Below are positions 25,021 through 34,495 of a stretch of DNA of 64,000 nucleotides, one piece after another (within the stretch, counting starts at the first letter, position 1; each line of letters begins with the position of its first letter). Source of the DNA: Trueperaceae bacterium (GTDB taxonomy: Bacteria; Deinococcota; Deinococci; Deinococcales; Trueperaceae); the NCBI GenBank assembly GCA_965213705.1, contig OZ243913.1, positions 768,001 to 832,000 on the forward strand. The letters run 5' to 3'. The notes beneath the pieces are model-generated. The model ran no database searches. It saw nothing but the letters and a program-made list of their open reading frames with translations, and had not been told where the DNA came from. Made by a program: the position numbers and the translations under genes.

Positions 25021-25797
25021 TCACTCCCCTCTAAACACCGGCTTGCGTTTTTCTTTGAACGCCGTGACGCCCTCGAGCATATCAAGCGTTTCGGCAGCTT
25101 CGCTTTGGAGGGCGGCCTCGAGCTTGAGTTGGTCTTCGAAGCTGTTGTGGGGCGAGGCGTTGACTTGCTGCTTGACCATGCCGAAACTCTTGGTCGGCCC
25201 TTGCGCCAAGCGTTTCACAAAGGCGAACGCTTCTTCTTCAAAGGTCTCGGCGGGCAGAAGCTGCTCGCCCAGCCCCAACGCAAGCGCTTCTTCCGCGCCG
25301 ACCTTGCGGTTGCTGTAGGCCATTTCCAGGGCTCGAGAGCGCCCCACCAGGCGCGGCAGAAAATAGCTCGCCGAGGCGTCCATCACCAGGGCGATGCCGG
25401 TAAAGCCGACCGCGAAGGCGGCGTTGGCGGACAACAGCCGCAGGTCGCAGCAGAGCGCCAAACTCATGCCGGCCCCCGCGGCGACGCCGTTGACGCCCGC
25501 GACGACGGGTTTGGGCATCGTCGTAATCGCCCGCACGACCGGGTTGTACGAGCGCTCGATGATGTCGCCGATGTCGCCGTCGACCGAGGTACTTGCCAGG
25601 TCCGCCCCGGCGCTGAAGCCGCGGCCCGCGCCGGTCAACAAGACCGCGCGGACCTCGTTGTTGTCGGCCGCGTCCTCGAGCGCCGTTTTGAGTTCCGCCA
25701 ACAACTCCAGCGAGAGCGCGTTCAACACCTCGGGCCGCTCGAGCGTGATGCGCAAAGTGCTGTCTTCGAAGTCCAGGCGTAACGTTTTGTAGGTCAT
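25021..25797 (-). CDS. Enoyl-CoA hydratase/isomerase (PaaG-like)
   Basis: GRGFSAGADL, VNGVAAGAGMSLAL, EGVTAFKEKRKPVF. Confidence 0.9.
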   Translation of the reverse strand: MTYKTLRLDFEDSTLRITLERPEVLNALSLELLAELKTALEDAADNNEVRAVLLTGAGRGFSAGADLASTSVDGDIGDIIERSYNPVVRAITTMPKPVVAGVNGVAAGAGMSLALCCDLRLLSANAAFAVGFTGIALVMDASASYFLPRLVGRSRALEMAYSNRKVGAEEALALGLGEQLLPAETFEEEAFAFVKRLAQGPTKSFGMVKQQVNASPHNSFEDQLKLEAALQSEAAETLDMLEGVTAFKEKRKPVFRGE

Positions 25798-25886
25798 GGG
25801 TCAGTTTAGCAGGGAAAAGGTTTTTCGTTTTTGGTTGTTCGCTCGAAACGAAGAACGAACGACCAAAAACGAACGACGAACGACGC

Positions 25887-26213
25887 TTATTTCTTCGACA
25901 GCTCGAGCAGCGCGTCATAATCGTCCGGCACCGCGGGGTCGTCCAGGGCTGCTTTGTTGCGCCGCGTCTCGCCACAACGTTCACAGCGGTGGACGATAAT
26001 CCAGCCCTTTTTGCCGCTGTAATCGACGGTGACGGGCACCAGCAAACCGCCGCAGTCGCTCGCCCGGTCGCCGGGAAAAACGTCGACGTGGAGCGAGTGC
26101 AGACAGTGGGGGCAGTGGTTGCGGTAGCTGCCGTTCGCCAAGGGCGGCACCTGTGCGCCGCAGCGGGCGCATTTGAACCCCTGGTTGGTGCCTTGGGCGG
26201 TAAAACGTCTCAC
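25887..26213 (-). CDS. RNHCP domain protein
   Basis: FKCARCG, YRNHCPHCLHSLHVD..PGDR, HRCERCG. Confidence 0.88.
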   Translation of the reverse strand: MRRFTAQGTNQGFKCARCGAQVPPLANGSYRNHCPHCLHSLHVDVFPGDRASDCGGLLVPVTVDYSGKKGWIIVHRCERCGETRRNKAALDDPAVPDDYDALLELSKK

Positions 26214-26426
26214 CCCGACAGGCTAAACGCTGAGGTCGCAAAGTGCCGTCGGGGGCGTCACGGTGGCTGAGCGTCTCGAGCCAACGTGCCTCGAAAACAG
26301 CCTGCCGTCAAAGACCGCCTTGAAGACCGCCTTAAAAACCGCGTGAGAATTTTGTCAGAGGGCGACCCTTAGACTGTTTACAGAAGCGCGTCCGCTCGCG
26401 CCAACCTTCAAACTACGGGGACAACC

Positions 26427-28535
26427 ATGTTACTACCCACTGTGTCATCGACCGCGTCACCCTCAACCGCGTCACCCTCAACCGAGTTACCCTTAACCAA
26501 GTCGCCGGCAACCGGGTCGTTATGCGCGCACTGCCGGACGCTGCCGGTCTTAAAGGACGCGGGCAGCACGCTTCACCTTACCCACCCGCTCGCCCACACC
26601 CGCGCCAAGCTGCGCGGCGAACTGGCGCGGCACTACTCGGTCGGCGTGGCGACGCCGGAAAGCCTCGCCGTCGTCGTCCCGCCGGGCGCGCTCGCCGAGG
26701 TGACGGCGCGGCTCGAGAGTTTGCTGAGCGTGGCCGAACGCGAGAGCTGCAAGGTGCTCCAACTCGCCGAAGGCGAACACATAGCGCTCGACAAGCTGGC
26801 TCAGGTCCAGCCGCTCAGCGCGTTCGTCGCCAAGACGCGCTCGCACTGGCTTGTCGACATGCTCGGCGAGGAGGGTTTCTACGCCGACTTTCAACCCATC
26901 GTCGCCGCCGCTAAGCCCGAGGTGGCGTTCGCTTACGAGTGCTTGCTGCGCGGCCGCGACGCGAACGGCGCAACCGTCTACCCGGACCGAATCTTTACGG
27001 CCGCCCGCGAGGCCGACCTGCTGTTTCAGACCGACCGCGCCGCCCGGCTCACCGCCATCCGCGACGCGACGCGCCACGGTTTGCAAACGCCTATTTTTAT
27101 CAACTTCAACCCGACCTCGATTTACGACCCGAGTTTTTGCTTAAAAACGACGATTGCCGCCATCCAGGACGCGGGCATTTCGCCCGACCGCATCGTCTTC
27201 GAAGTGGTCGAAAGTGACGAGGTCAACGACCCTTCTCACCTGCTCAACATCGTGCAGCACTACCGGCGGCAGGGTTTTCGCATCGCCTTAGACGACCTCG
27301 GTGCGGGTTACGGCTCGCTCAACTTGCTGGCCCAACTCAAGCCCGACTTTGTCAAGTTCGACCGCGAACTGGTCAGCGGTATCGACCATGACCCCTACAA
27401 GCAAAAGGTGTTCGGCAAACTTGTGGAGATGGCTCACGACCTCAACATTCAAACGCTCGCCGAAGGCGTCGAGACGTTCGAAGAGTACCGCTGGCTGCTC
27501 GGCACGGGCGTCGACTACCTGCAGGGCTACTTCTTCGCGCGGCCGGCCAGCCCGCCCCCGGCACCGCAACCCGCGCTCGAGGCCATTCCGCCGGTTGTCA
27601 AAACCAGCCTCCCCACCCCCCTGCTCGACATCGACTTCAGCGTCGACAGCGCCGCCCTACAGGGCGTTTTGGACTCGCTCGGCGCGCAGGTTGCCGTCAT
27701 CGACTCGAGCGGCAAAATTTTGATGGTGAACCGCGCCTGGCGCGCGGTCGGCGTGAGCGAGTCGGGTCAGGCGCGGTTTACCGGCGGCAACTACCTAGAC
27801 GTGTGCCGCGCCGCCAGCAAGAGCGAGGACTGCGCCGAGGACGCGGCGCAGAGTTACCAGGGCATCCGCGCGGTGCTGGCGGGAGACGTGCCGAGCTTCA
27901 GCCGGGAGTACGCCTGTGTCACGCCGCAAGGCCGGCACTGGTTCATCATGAACGTCACGCCGTTTTCGCAGGGTCGCGGCGGCGCGGTCATCTCGCACTT
28001 AGACATCACCGAGCGCAAGGTGCGCGAGGCCGAGATTGAGCACTTGGCCCGCCACGACCAGCTTACCGGGGCGGCAAACCGCCGCTACTTTTACGAAGAG
28101 ATGCGCCGCGCCTTTGCAGAGGCCGAGCGCGAGCTGGTGCCCTTTTCACTTCTTTACCTCGACTTAGACGGCTTTAAGGGCGTCAACGACCGGCTCGGCC
28201 ACGCCTGCGGCGACGAACTGCTCGAGCGCGTCGCCGGCCGTCTGCAAGCGCTGCTTAGGGACGGCGACCTGCTGGCCCGCTTCGGCGGCGACGAGTTTGT
28301 GATGCTGCTGCGGGGCGTCTCGAGCGCCGAAGTCGCCGCGGCGACCCGCCGCTTCGCCGCGGCGCTCGACGCCCCTTTCGTCCTGCACGGTGAGAGCGTC
28401 GCCTGTGGCGGCAGCCTGGGCGCGGCCTGCTACCCCGAGCACGGCCACAGCGCCGAAGCCCTCCTGCGCCACGCCGACAGCGCCATGTACCGGGTGAAAA
28501 CCGGGCAAGCGGTGACAGCTTTGAGTTCGGTTTAG
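26427..28535 (+). CDS. c-di-GMP signalling protein, EAL-PAS-GGDEF order
   Basis: FQPIV, ECLLR, DDLGAGY, AEGVET, QGYFF; PAS-like middle; RDGD I-site and RFGGDEF. Confidence 0.9.
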   Translation: MLLPTVSSTASPSTASPSTELPLTKSPATGSLCAHCRTLPVLKDAGSTLHLTHPLAHTRAKLRGELARHYSVGVATPESLAVVVPPGALAEVTARLESLLSVAERESCKVLQLAEGEHIALDKLAQVQPLSAFVAKTRSHWLVDMLGEEGFYADFQPIVAAAKPEVAFAYECLLRGRDANGATVYPDRIFTAAREADLLFQTDRAARLTAIRDATRHGLQTPIFINFNPTSIYDPSFCLKTTIAAIQDAGISPDRIVFEVVESDEVNDPSHLLNIVQHYRRQGFRIALDDLGAGYGSLNLLAQLKPDFVKFDRELVSGIDHDPYKQKVFGKLVEMAHDLNIQTLAEGVETFEEYRWLLGTGVDYLQGYFFARPASPPPAPQPALEAIPPVVKTSLPTPLLDIDFSVDSAALQGVLDSLGAQVAVIDSSGKILMVNRAWRAVGVSESGQARFTGGNYLDVCRAASKSEDCAEDAAQSYQGIRAVLAGDVPSFSREYACVTPQGRHWFIMNVTPFSQGRGGAVISHLDITERKVREAEIEHLARHDQLTGAANRRYFYEEMRRAFAEAERELVPFSLLYLDLDGFKGVNDRLGHACGDELLERVAGRLQALLRDGDLLARFGGDEFVMLLRGVSSAEVAAATRRFAAALDAPFVLHGESVACGGSLGAACYPEHGHSAEALLRHADSAMYRVKTGQAVTALSSV

Positions 28536-28622
28536 GTCGGTGGTCGAGCCCGGCCGAACACGGACGTTGCCGGGAGCCGCGCCGCCCTGCTCACGGTTTT
28601 CGGGTCAGGACTCAACCGCAGC

Positions 28623-29393
28623 TCAGTTCACGATGATGTTGAACTTCAGCAGCATTTTGGGCAAGTGGTCGTCCAGGTTGCGTATGTGGTCGTCCGACAG
28701 CTCGATGAGGTTGAAACCGTACTTGGCATAGATGTCTTTTTTCACCTGTTTACGAGCGGCGTAACGTGGGTCGTCTTCCAAGCCCCAATACTCGATGTAA
28801 ACCTTGCCTTCCGGCACGTAAAAGTCGCAGTAGAGTTCTTCCTCGACAGGCAGTTGCCGTTCGTAGGCGTGGACGAGGCCGGACATGTACAGCCAGTTGT
28901 CGACGAGCATTTCGGCTCGAGACCTGACCAGGTGCCCGTCGGTCGCCCGGTGCGTGGCCGGGAAACGCTCGCGAAAACTCTTTTCTTCGCTCACCGGCTC
29001 CACTTTTTCTAGGTCTTCACCCTTGACGCTGGCGACGGTTTTAAGAAGAACGGTGTTTTTCAGCAGGGCGTCGGGCCAAACCACGTAGGGCACGCCGGTT
29101 TGAAAATGCTCTTTCTGCACGGCTCCCAAACCCTGTCCCTGCGCGGTTGCCACCCAACCTTTAGGGCCTTTGCCAACCCAACCGAGTTCTGACAAAATCG
29201 AGTTTACGTTCTGACTCGACAAACCAAAGGGCTCACCGAGTTTCGTTGAGGTGAGTAGCTGAGAACCGTTTGGTTTCGGTCTCGAGGCCTCGACAACCGG
29301 TTTGGCTTTTTGTTCTTTCCAGTGCTTGAAACACAGCTTAAAACCCGGTTTTGAAACCCTGTCGTCACATCCTGAAACGCTGCAAGTTTCCAC
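28623..29393 (-). CDS. Zn-finger + antirepressor(KilA-C)-like HTH + PD-(D/E)XK-like nuclease hypothetical protein
   Basis: CSVSGC...CFKH; TKLGEPFGLSSQNVNSILSELGW; VRSRAE..VDNWLY, CDFY, YIEYWG. Confidence 0.6.
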   Translation of the reverse strand: METCSVSGCDDRVSKPGFKLCFKHWKEQKAKPVVEASRPKPNGSQLLTSTKLGEPFGLSSQNVNSILSELGWVGKGPKGWVATAQGQGLGAVQKEHFQTGVPYVVWPDALLKNTVLLKTVASVKGEDLEKVEPVSEEKSFRERFPATHRATDGHLVRSRAEMLVDNWLYMSGLVHAYERQLPVEEELYCDFYVPEGKVYIEYWGLEDDPRYAARKQVKKDIYAKYGFNLIELSDDHIRNLDDHLPKMLLKFNIIVN

Positions 29394-29445
29394 GCGCCAC
29401 CTCTAGGCCGATTGTGGCAAACGGCTTGTGCCGAAGAGGTGAAAT

Positions 29446-30303
29446 TTACGCCTTTTGTTCGCGCTCCGTTTGCGGCCCGATGTCGCTGATGTCGTACCCT
29501 TCCGGATACGTGCGCGTCGGCGGCAGGCGGTAGGGCGCTCGGCGGGGCGGCAAAAAGCGCAGCACTTTTTTTCGCACCCACAATCCCGCTTCTACCACCA
29601 CGCGCGCCCACAAGCGCGGCTCGGGAAAGCCGAATGCTCGGCGCACGGGCGCGTCCAGCACCGCGTAGACGAGTTGCGCACCTAAGGGCCAGAGCGGTTC
29701 GGGCAGCGTCCAGCTCAAAAACAGGTCCCTGGTCGCCTCGGCGAGCAGTTGGTTGTTCGGGCTGTAGGCGAAGTGCTCCTCCTCGTACTCACGGTTGTAG
29801 CGTTCAAACGCCTCGTAACTTTCCGGGATGTTTTTGATGTTCATGCGCCGCCCGACTTCGAACCAGAAATAGTAGGACGCTAATCTCTCGTTCTCGCTTA
29901 AAAGTCGCCAGCCGTGGCGCGCGTTCCAGCGGACGGGTTCAAAAACGAACGTCGACAGCACGTACAAAAACTCGTCGTTGGGTATCGCGTAGCGCGCGTG
30001 AATCTGGTTCATCCGCCGCAGCGCCGCGCGGCCTTCCGGGCTGCTGTAGCCGCGCAAGCCGAGGGTCGAAATGATAATCGTCGTGTCGTCGTAGCGTTTT
30101 TGGGTGCGCGTTACGAGTTCGCGCGTTTTAACCAACAACTCTGAACTTTTCGGCACCGCAAAGGTGCGTAAGAGCGCGAGTTCGTAGGCGCGTTGGGTGT
30201 CCCAGGGGAAGTCATAAGCGGCGCTCAAAAAAGCGATGCGCTCGTGGTCGCGGCGCGGCTCGAGGCTTTCGATTTCACTCAACACCCCAAATTTGTCAAC
30301 CAT
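29446..30303 (-). CDS. MpaB/DUF2236 oxygenase-like protein
   Basis: LLRTFAVP, KRYDDT, RMNQIH, FLYVLSTF, VGRRMNIK; ATG 30303 overlaps photolyase stop. Confidence 0.82.
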   Translation of the reverse strand: MVDKFGVLSEIESLEPRRDHERIAFLSAAYDFPWDTQRAYELALLRTFAVPKSSELLVKTRELVTRTQKRYDDTTIIISTLGLRGYSSPEGRAALRRMNQIHARYAIPNDEFLYVLSTFVFEPVRWNARHGWRLLSENERLASYYFWFEVGRRMNIKNIPESYEAFERYNREYEEEHFAYSPNNQLLAEATRDLFLSWTLPEPLWPLGAQLVYAVLDAPVRRAFGFPEPRLWARVVVEAGLWVRKKVLRFLPPRRAPYRLPPTRTYPEGYDISDIGPQTEREQKA

Positions 30304-31684
30304 CTGGCTCAGCTTGCGCCACCATTTGAGCAACCTTCTCGACGTAGGCGTCCGGGTCGGCCTTGCGCTTCAAACCGGCCGCGCTCATGTAGCGTACCTT
30401 GCCGAAGACCGCGCGCTCCTGCCAGGGCCGGTCGTGGTTGCCGTAAACCCAAGCGACGTTTGAAAACGAGTTGGCGTCGCGGCCGTCCAAAAAATACTTG
30501 TTGTTGATACGGAGCGTGGTGTCGTGGCCCTCTTGCGGGGAGCGCGTCCACTCGAGAATCTTCTTGCCCCAATACATCCGCATGTAGTTGTGCATGTAGC
30601 CCGACACGCGCATCTCGTTCATGGCGGCGTTCCAGTAGGGGTCGTGGGTCGCGGCGTTCTCGAGCTGCTCGCGGGTGTAGACGTACTCGCGTTCGTCGCT
30701 CGCGTGCTCGGCGAGGGTTTTTTTGGCCCAGTCGGGAAGGCAGGCGTAGGTGTCGTAGTTCTCGGTGAAGTTGACAAAGTTCATGGTGAGTTCGCGCCGC
30801 ACGACGAGTTCTTCGACGTAAGTTTCGATGTTTTTTTGCGAGCCCCCTGAGTGCCGCACGGCTTGCGCCAACCACACGGGCGACACCTGCCCAAAGTGGA
30901 GGTACTTGCTCATGTGCGACACGTCGTTCGTTTGGGGCTGGTTGCGGTGCTCGGCGTAGTCACCGAACAGGTCGTCTAAAAAGTTCGCCACGATTGTTTT
31001 GCCGCGGCTCGTGCCGCCCTCGAAAAACTCGGTGACAGGCGGGACTTGCTGCTCGAGCTTCAAACTTTTGGCGAGTTTCGCAGGGTCGCCGAGGTCCATG
31101 CCCTCGAGCTTCAACCCCAGCGACGACTGCTCCACAGCGGTCGGTTTCAGGTCGACGAGGAACTTTTCTAGGTGTTTGTGGATTTTGGGCCGCAGCGTGC
31201 GCGCCGCGTACTCGCGCTTGTTTGAGGCGAGGTCGACCGGCACTACCACGTCGCCCTCGACCTGGACGACCTGGCAAGGAGCGCCGTCCGCGACCTGTTC
31301 CCGCCACTTTTTCTGAATGTTGAGGTAGCCGCGGTCGGTCACCAGGAGCGCGGCGTTTTTGGCGAGGTTGAGGGCGACCTCGTCCGGAGCGCCGCGCTGC
31401 ACGACCAGTTTGATGTCACGGTCTTTCAGGGCAGCTTGGGTTTCTTTCAGGCCCTCGAGCATAAACGCGTAGTGCCGCAGGTTCGCCTCGGGGTAGTCGT
31501 CCATCAGTCCGAAGCCGACCAGCAAGGGTTTTTTAAGACTGTTGGCCTGCTGAACCGCGTACTCCAAGGCCGGGTTGTCCTCGGCGCGCTGCGACTGCTG
31601 CATCCAGTACAGCACGTAGTCGCCGTCTTGGGATTCGTTGTCGTTGAGCGTTTGCACGCGCTCGGCTTGGATTTCGCTCGTCAT
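30296..31684 (-). CDS. phr: Class II CPD photolyase
   Basis: VLYWMQQSQRAEDN, SKYLHFGQ, MHNYMRMYWGKKILEW, LDGRDANS, HDRPW. Confidence 0.93.
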   Translation of the reverse strand: MTSEIQAERVQTLNDNESQDGDYVLYWMQQSQRAEDNPALEYAVQQANSLKKPLLVGFGLMDDYPEANLRHYAFMLEGLKETQAALKDRDIKLVVQRGAPDEVALNLAKNAALLVTDRGYLNIQKKWREQVADGAPCQVVQVEGDVVVPVDLASNKREYAARTLRPKIHKHLEKFLVDLKPTAVEQSSLGLKLEGMDLGDPAKLAKSLKLEQQVPPVTEFFEGGTSRGKTIVANFLDDLFGDYAEHRNQPQTNDVSHMSKYLHFGQVSPVWLAQAVRHSGGSQKNIETYVEELVVRRELTMNFVNFTENYDTYACLPDWAKKTLAEHASDEREYVYTREQLENAATHDPYWNAAMNEMRVSGYMHNYMRMYWGKKILEWTRSPQEGHDTTLRINNKYFLDGRDANSFSNVAWVYGNHDRPWQERAVFGKVRYMSAAGLKRKADPDAYVEKVAQMVAQAEPDG

Positions 31685-31770
31685 GGGTTCAGCCTAAACG
31701 GTGCCTGAGGGTCGCGGCTGCAAGCGCGCTCACAGGTTTTTGCCGGCACAGGTTTGCCGGTGACGCGGCG

Positions 31771-32562
31771 CTATGCCGTCGCCTGGCGGTAACGCGCCAA
31801 CACAAAGCAGTAAACGCCGTAAGCGGCCAGCCCCACGCCGGTGACGCCGAGGAGCCACGGACCGTAAGGCTGGCCCTGCAGCGCGTCCAGCGCCTTGCCC
31901 AAACCGCCCGCCTCGCTCGCGTCGGCTTTGAACGCGGCTTGCAGCAAAAACCAACCGATGATGAAGTACACGACGCTCCTGGCCGCGTAGCCGACGCGCC
32001 CCACCCGCGTCGCCCAGGTTAACTCACTGCTGCTCATCTCGCCCGTCCTGAACTCCTCGACGAACTTTGCGCTGACGGCCTGGTAGAGTTGGTAAAGACC
32101 GCCCAACCCGACGCCGACACCCACCGCGCCGACCAGCCAGCGCCCGAAGGGCACCTGCAGCAGCGTGGCCGTCCAGTCTTGCGCGCCGCCCCCACCGCCC
32201 CCGCCGCCCAAAATAATCTGCACCGCTGCGACGGTGAGGCCCGCGTACGCCACGCCGCTGCCCACGTAGCCGATGCGTTTGCCGATGCCTGCGGCGTCGT
32301 CGCCCTCGTTGCCCGAGTCGGCGAAGCCCTGCACAAAGCGCCACAGCGCGTAAGCCGCCAGGCCGAGCGCGACGACGGCGAGCAAAACCTGTCCAAAAGG
32401 CTGCTGGGCTATTCTGCTCAGCGCGCCCTGCGACCCGGCTTGCGCCGCCCCCTGCGCCGCCAGACCGCCGACGATGAGGTAGACGACCCCCTTGGCCGCG
32501 TAGCCGACGCGGGCCAAAACGGGTAAGGCGTTCGACGCTTGACGGCTTGCTTTCGTACTCAC
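31771..32562 (-). CDS. DUF1206 membrane protein
   Basis: Three repeats of R.GY.A.G.VY plus QPFG/VPFG/QPYG helices. Confidence 0.82.
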   Translation of the reverse strand: MSTKASRQASNALPVLARVGYAAKGVVYLIVGGLAAQGAAQAGSQGALSRIAQQPFGQVLLAVVALGLAAYALWRFVQGFADSGNEGDDAAGIGKRIGYVGSGVAYAGLTVAAVQIILGGGGGGGGAQDWTATLLQVPFGRWLVGAVGVGVGLGGLYQLYQAVSAKFVEEFRTGEMSSSELTWATRVGRVGYAARSVVYFIIGWFLLQAAFKADASEAGGLGKALDALQGQPYGPWLLGVTGVGLAAYGVYCFVLARYRQATA

Positions 32563-32647
32563 CTGTACCCCCTCGTTTAAAAAATCTCAGCTCGAGCCGA
32601 GTGCGCCAAAACCGGCGAGCGAATGGGTTTTCAAAACCTGACGCTCG

Positions 32648-32935
32648 TCAAAGACTAACATAGTGCTCGACCGTCGGAAACGGGTCGTAAAAGGGGTGCA
32701 GCAACGTTCGCCATTCTTGGTAAGCCGCCGATCCCCTAAAGCCGACGGTGTGGTCTTCCAGGGTTTGCCACTGCACCAAAAGGAGGTAGCGGTGGTCGTC
32801 CTCTATACAGCGTTTCAACTCGTGCGACAGGTATCCCGGCATTGACGCGATGATGGGTTCGGCCTGTTTGAACGCGGCCTCGAACCCTTGCGTCTCGCCT
32901 TGTTTGACGTTCAAAACGGCGACTTCCAAAACCAT
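32648..32935 (-). CDS. Antibiotic biosynthesis monooxygenase (ABM) domain protein
   Basis: MVLEVAVLNVK..FEAAF, YLLLVQWQTLEDH..GFRGS; ATG 32935 with GGAG RBS. Confidence 0.88.
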   Translation of the reverse strand: MVLEVAVLNVKQGETQGFEAAFKQAEPIIASMPGYLSHELKRCIEDDHRYLLLVQWQTLEDHTVGFRGSAAYQEWRTLLHPFYDPFPTVEHYVSL

Positions 32936-33085
32936 AACGACTCCAAACTCGAAACAGCCCTGAGTATAGCCTTTGCTCGGGAAACCCCGTGAGCGGCTCG
33001 AGCGGCCTGGTGAAGCCTTGCAAGGTTGGGCGCAGCGTAGGCCGGGGCGAAGTCCGACGACGCGAAAGAAAGTAGTCTGAGCACC

Positions 33086-33580
33086 ATGAGACAAACACGT
33101 GTACAACCGCAAGCAGGCCAAGAATCCGTCTGGGACTACCCGCGCCCGCCGCGGGTCGAACCCGTGACGCTGCGGGTGCGAGTCCTGGTCGGCGACGTGA
33201 CAATTGCCGACAGCGTGGACGCCCGACGCGTGCTCGAGACCAGCCACCCGCCCGTTTACTACCTGCCGCAAAACGACGTTTTGACGAGCTACCTCACCCC
33301 GACCGAGCGCACCACCTTTTGCGAGTTCAAGGAGCGGGCACGTTACTGGACCCTGCGCGTCGGCGACCGCGAAGTTCCCAACGTCGCCTGGAGCTACCCG
33401 GCACCCGCGCGAGGTTTCGAAGCTATCCGCGACCACCTCGCCTTTTACCCGGGCAAGGTAGACGCCTGCTACGTGGGCGACGAACGCGTGCAAGCCCAAG
33501 CGGGCGACTTTTACGGCGGCTGGATAACCGCCGACATCGTTGGGCCGTTCAAGGGCGGGCCGGGGACGACGGGCTGGTAG
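33086..33580 (+). CDS. DUF427 domain protein
   Basis: ESVWDYPRPP, VLETSHPPVYY, CEFK, FYGGWIT, GPFKGGPG. Confidence 0.88.
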   Translation: MRQTRVQPQAGQESVWDYPRPPRVEPVTLRVRVLVGDVTIADSVDARRVLETSHPPVYYLPQNDVLTSYLTPTERTTFCEFKERARYWTLRVGDREVPNVAWSYPAPARGFEAIRDHLAFYPGKVDACYVGDERVQAQAGDFYGGWITADIVGPFKGGPGTTGW

Positions 33581-33847
33581 CGAGAAGTAAACTATTCAAC
33601 AGCTCCGCACACCCTCAAAAGGATAGGCTGTCGGCGGTGTCTTACCGGTCGGCGGCCTCCAGACCTGCAATCGGAATTTCCACGCATTGGGCGTACAGGC
33701 GGAGGCTGATTCCCCCAACCCACAAGACGCTGTTTCAACCCGTCACAGCGCTTGAGTTCCTGTCAGGCGTTGTGGCGGCATTGCCTTAACACTATTTACC
33801 TTCACACAATTGCCTTCACAGAGACGCAAAAGCGTAAACTGGTACGC

Positions 33848-34495
33848 ATGAAACTTCTCTCGGTCAACCGCAGCCTGCCCAAACCCATCACCGTCGGCAC
33901 ACGCGCCGACCGAACAGGCATTTTCAAGACGCCCGCCCGTGAGCCCGTACGGGTCGGCGAACTCGGGCTGGAAGACGACGTGCAAGTCTCCACAAAGCAC
34001 CACGGCGGCCCCGACCAAGCCGTTTACCTTTACAGCGCTGAAGACTACGCCTGGTTTTCGAACGCGCTGGGCCGCGAACTGGGGCCGGGAACGTTTGGGG
34101 AAAACCTGACGCTGTCGGATTTCGGTGGGCACACGCTTTACGTCGGCGACCGTTTGCAGCTGGGCGAGGTTGTGCTGGAACTCACCGCGCCGCGCATACC
34201 CTGCGCGACCCTCGCCGCACGCGTGGGCGAGCCCGACTTTGTCAAACGCTTCAAACAAGCCGAGCGGCCCGGCGTCTACGCCCGCGTCCTTACAGGAGGC
34301 ACCTTGAACCGGGGCGACGAGGCCGTCTACACGCGCGGCGCCAGCAGCGTGACGACCCTGGAACTTTTTCGCGACCACTACGACAACACCGACACGCCTG
34401 CAGGCCTGGAGCGTCTTTTGAGCGCGCCCGTCGCCGAGCGGAGCCGCCGGGACCTGCAGGAGCGGCTGGAAAAAGCGCTAGCTCAGTCCGCTTAG
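33848..34495 (+). CDS. MOSC domain protein (YiiM-like)
   Basis: TGIFK, HHGGPDQAV, FGENLT, PRIPC, PGVYARVL; ATG seven nt after TAAACT. Confidence 0.9.
   Translation: MKLLSVNRSLPKPITVGTRADRTGIFKTPAREPVRVGELGLEDDVQVSTKHHGGPDQAVYLYSAEDYAWFSNALGRELGPGTFGENLTLSDFGGHTLYVGDRLQLGEVVLELTAPRIPCATLAARVGEPDFVKRFKQAERPGVYARVLTGGTLNRGDEAVYTRGASSVTTLELFRDHYDNTDTPAGLERLLSAPVAERSRRDLQERLEKALAQSA

Noticed and set aside
32936..33499. N-terminal extension of the 283-aa ORF
   Set aside because: Antisense to the DUF427 gene; the ABM domain starts at ATG 32935
33581..33847. Possible riboswitch or sRNA between the DUF427 and MOSC genes
   Set aside because: No recognisable conserved RNA motif, and the downstream gene appears leaderless
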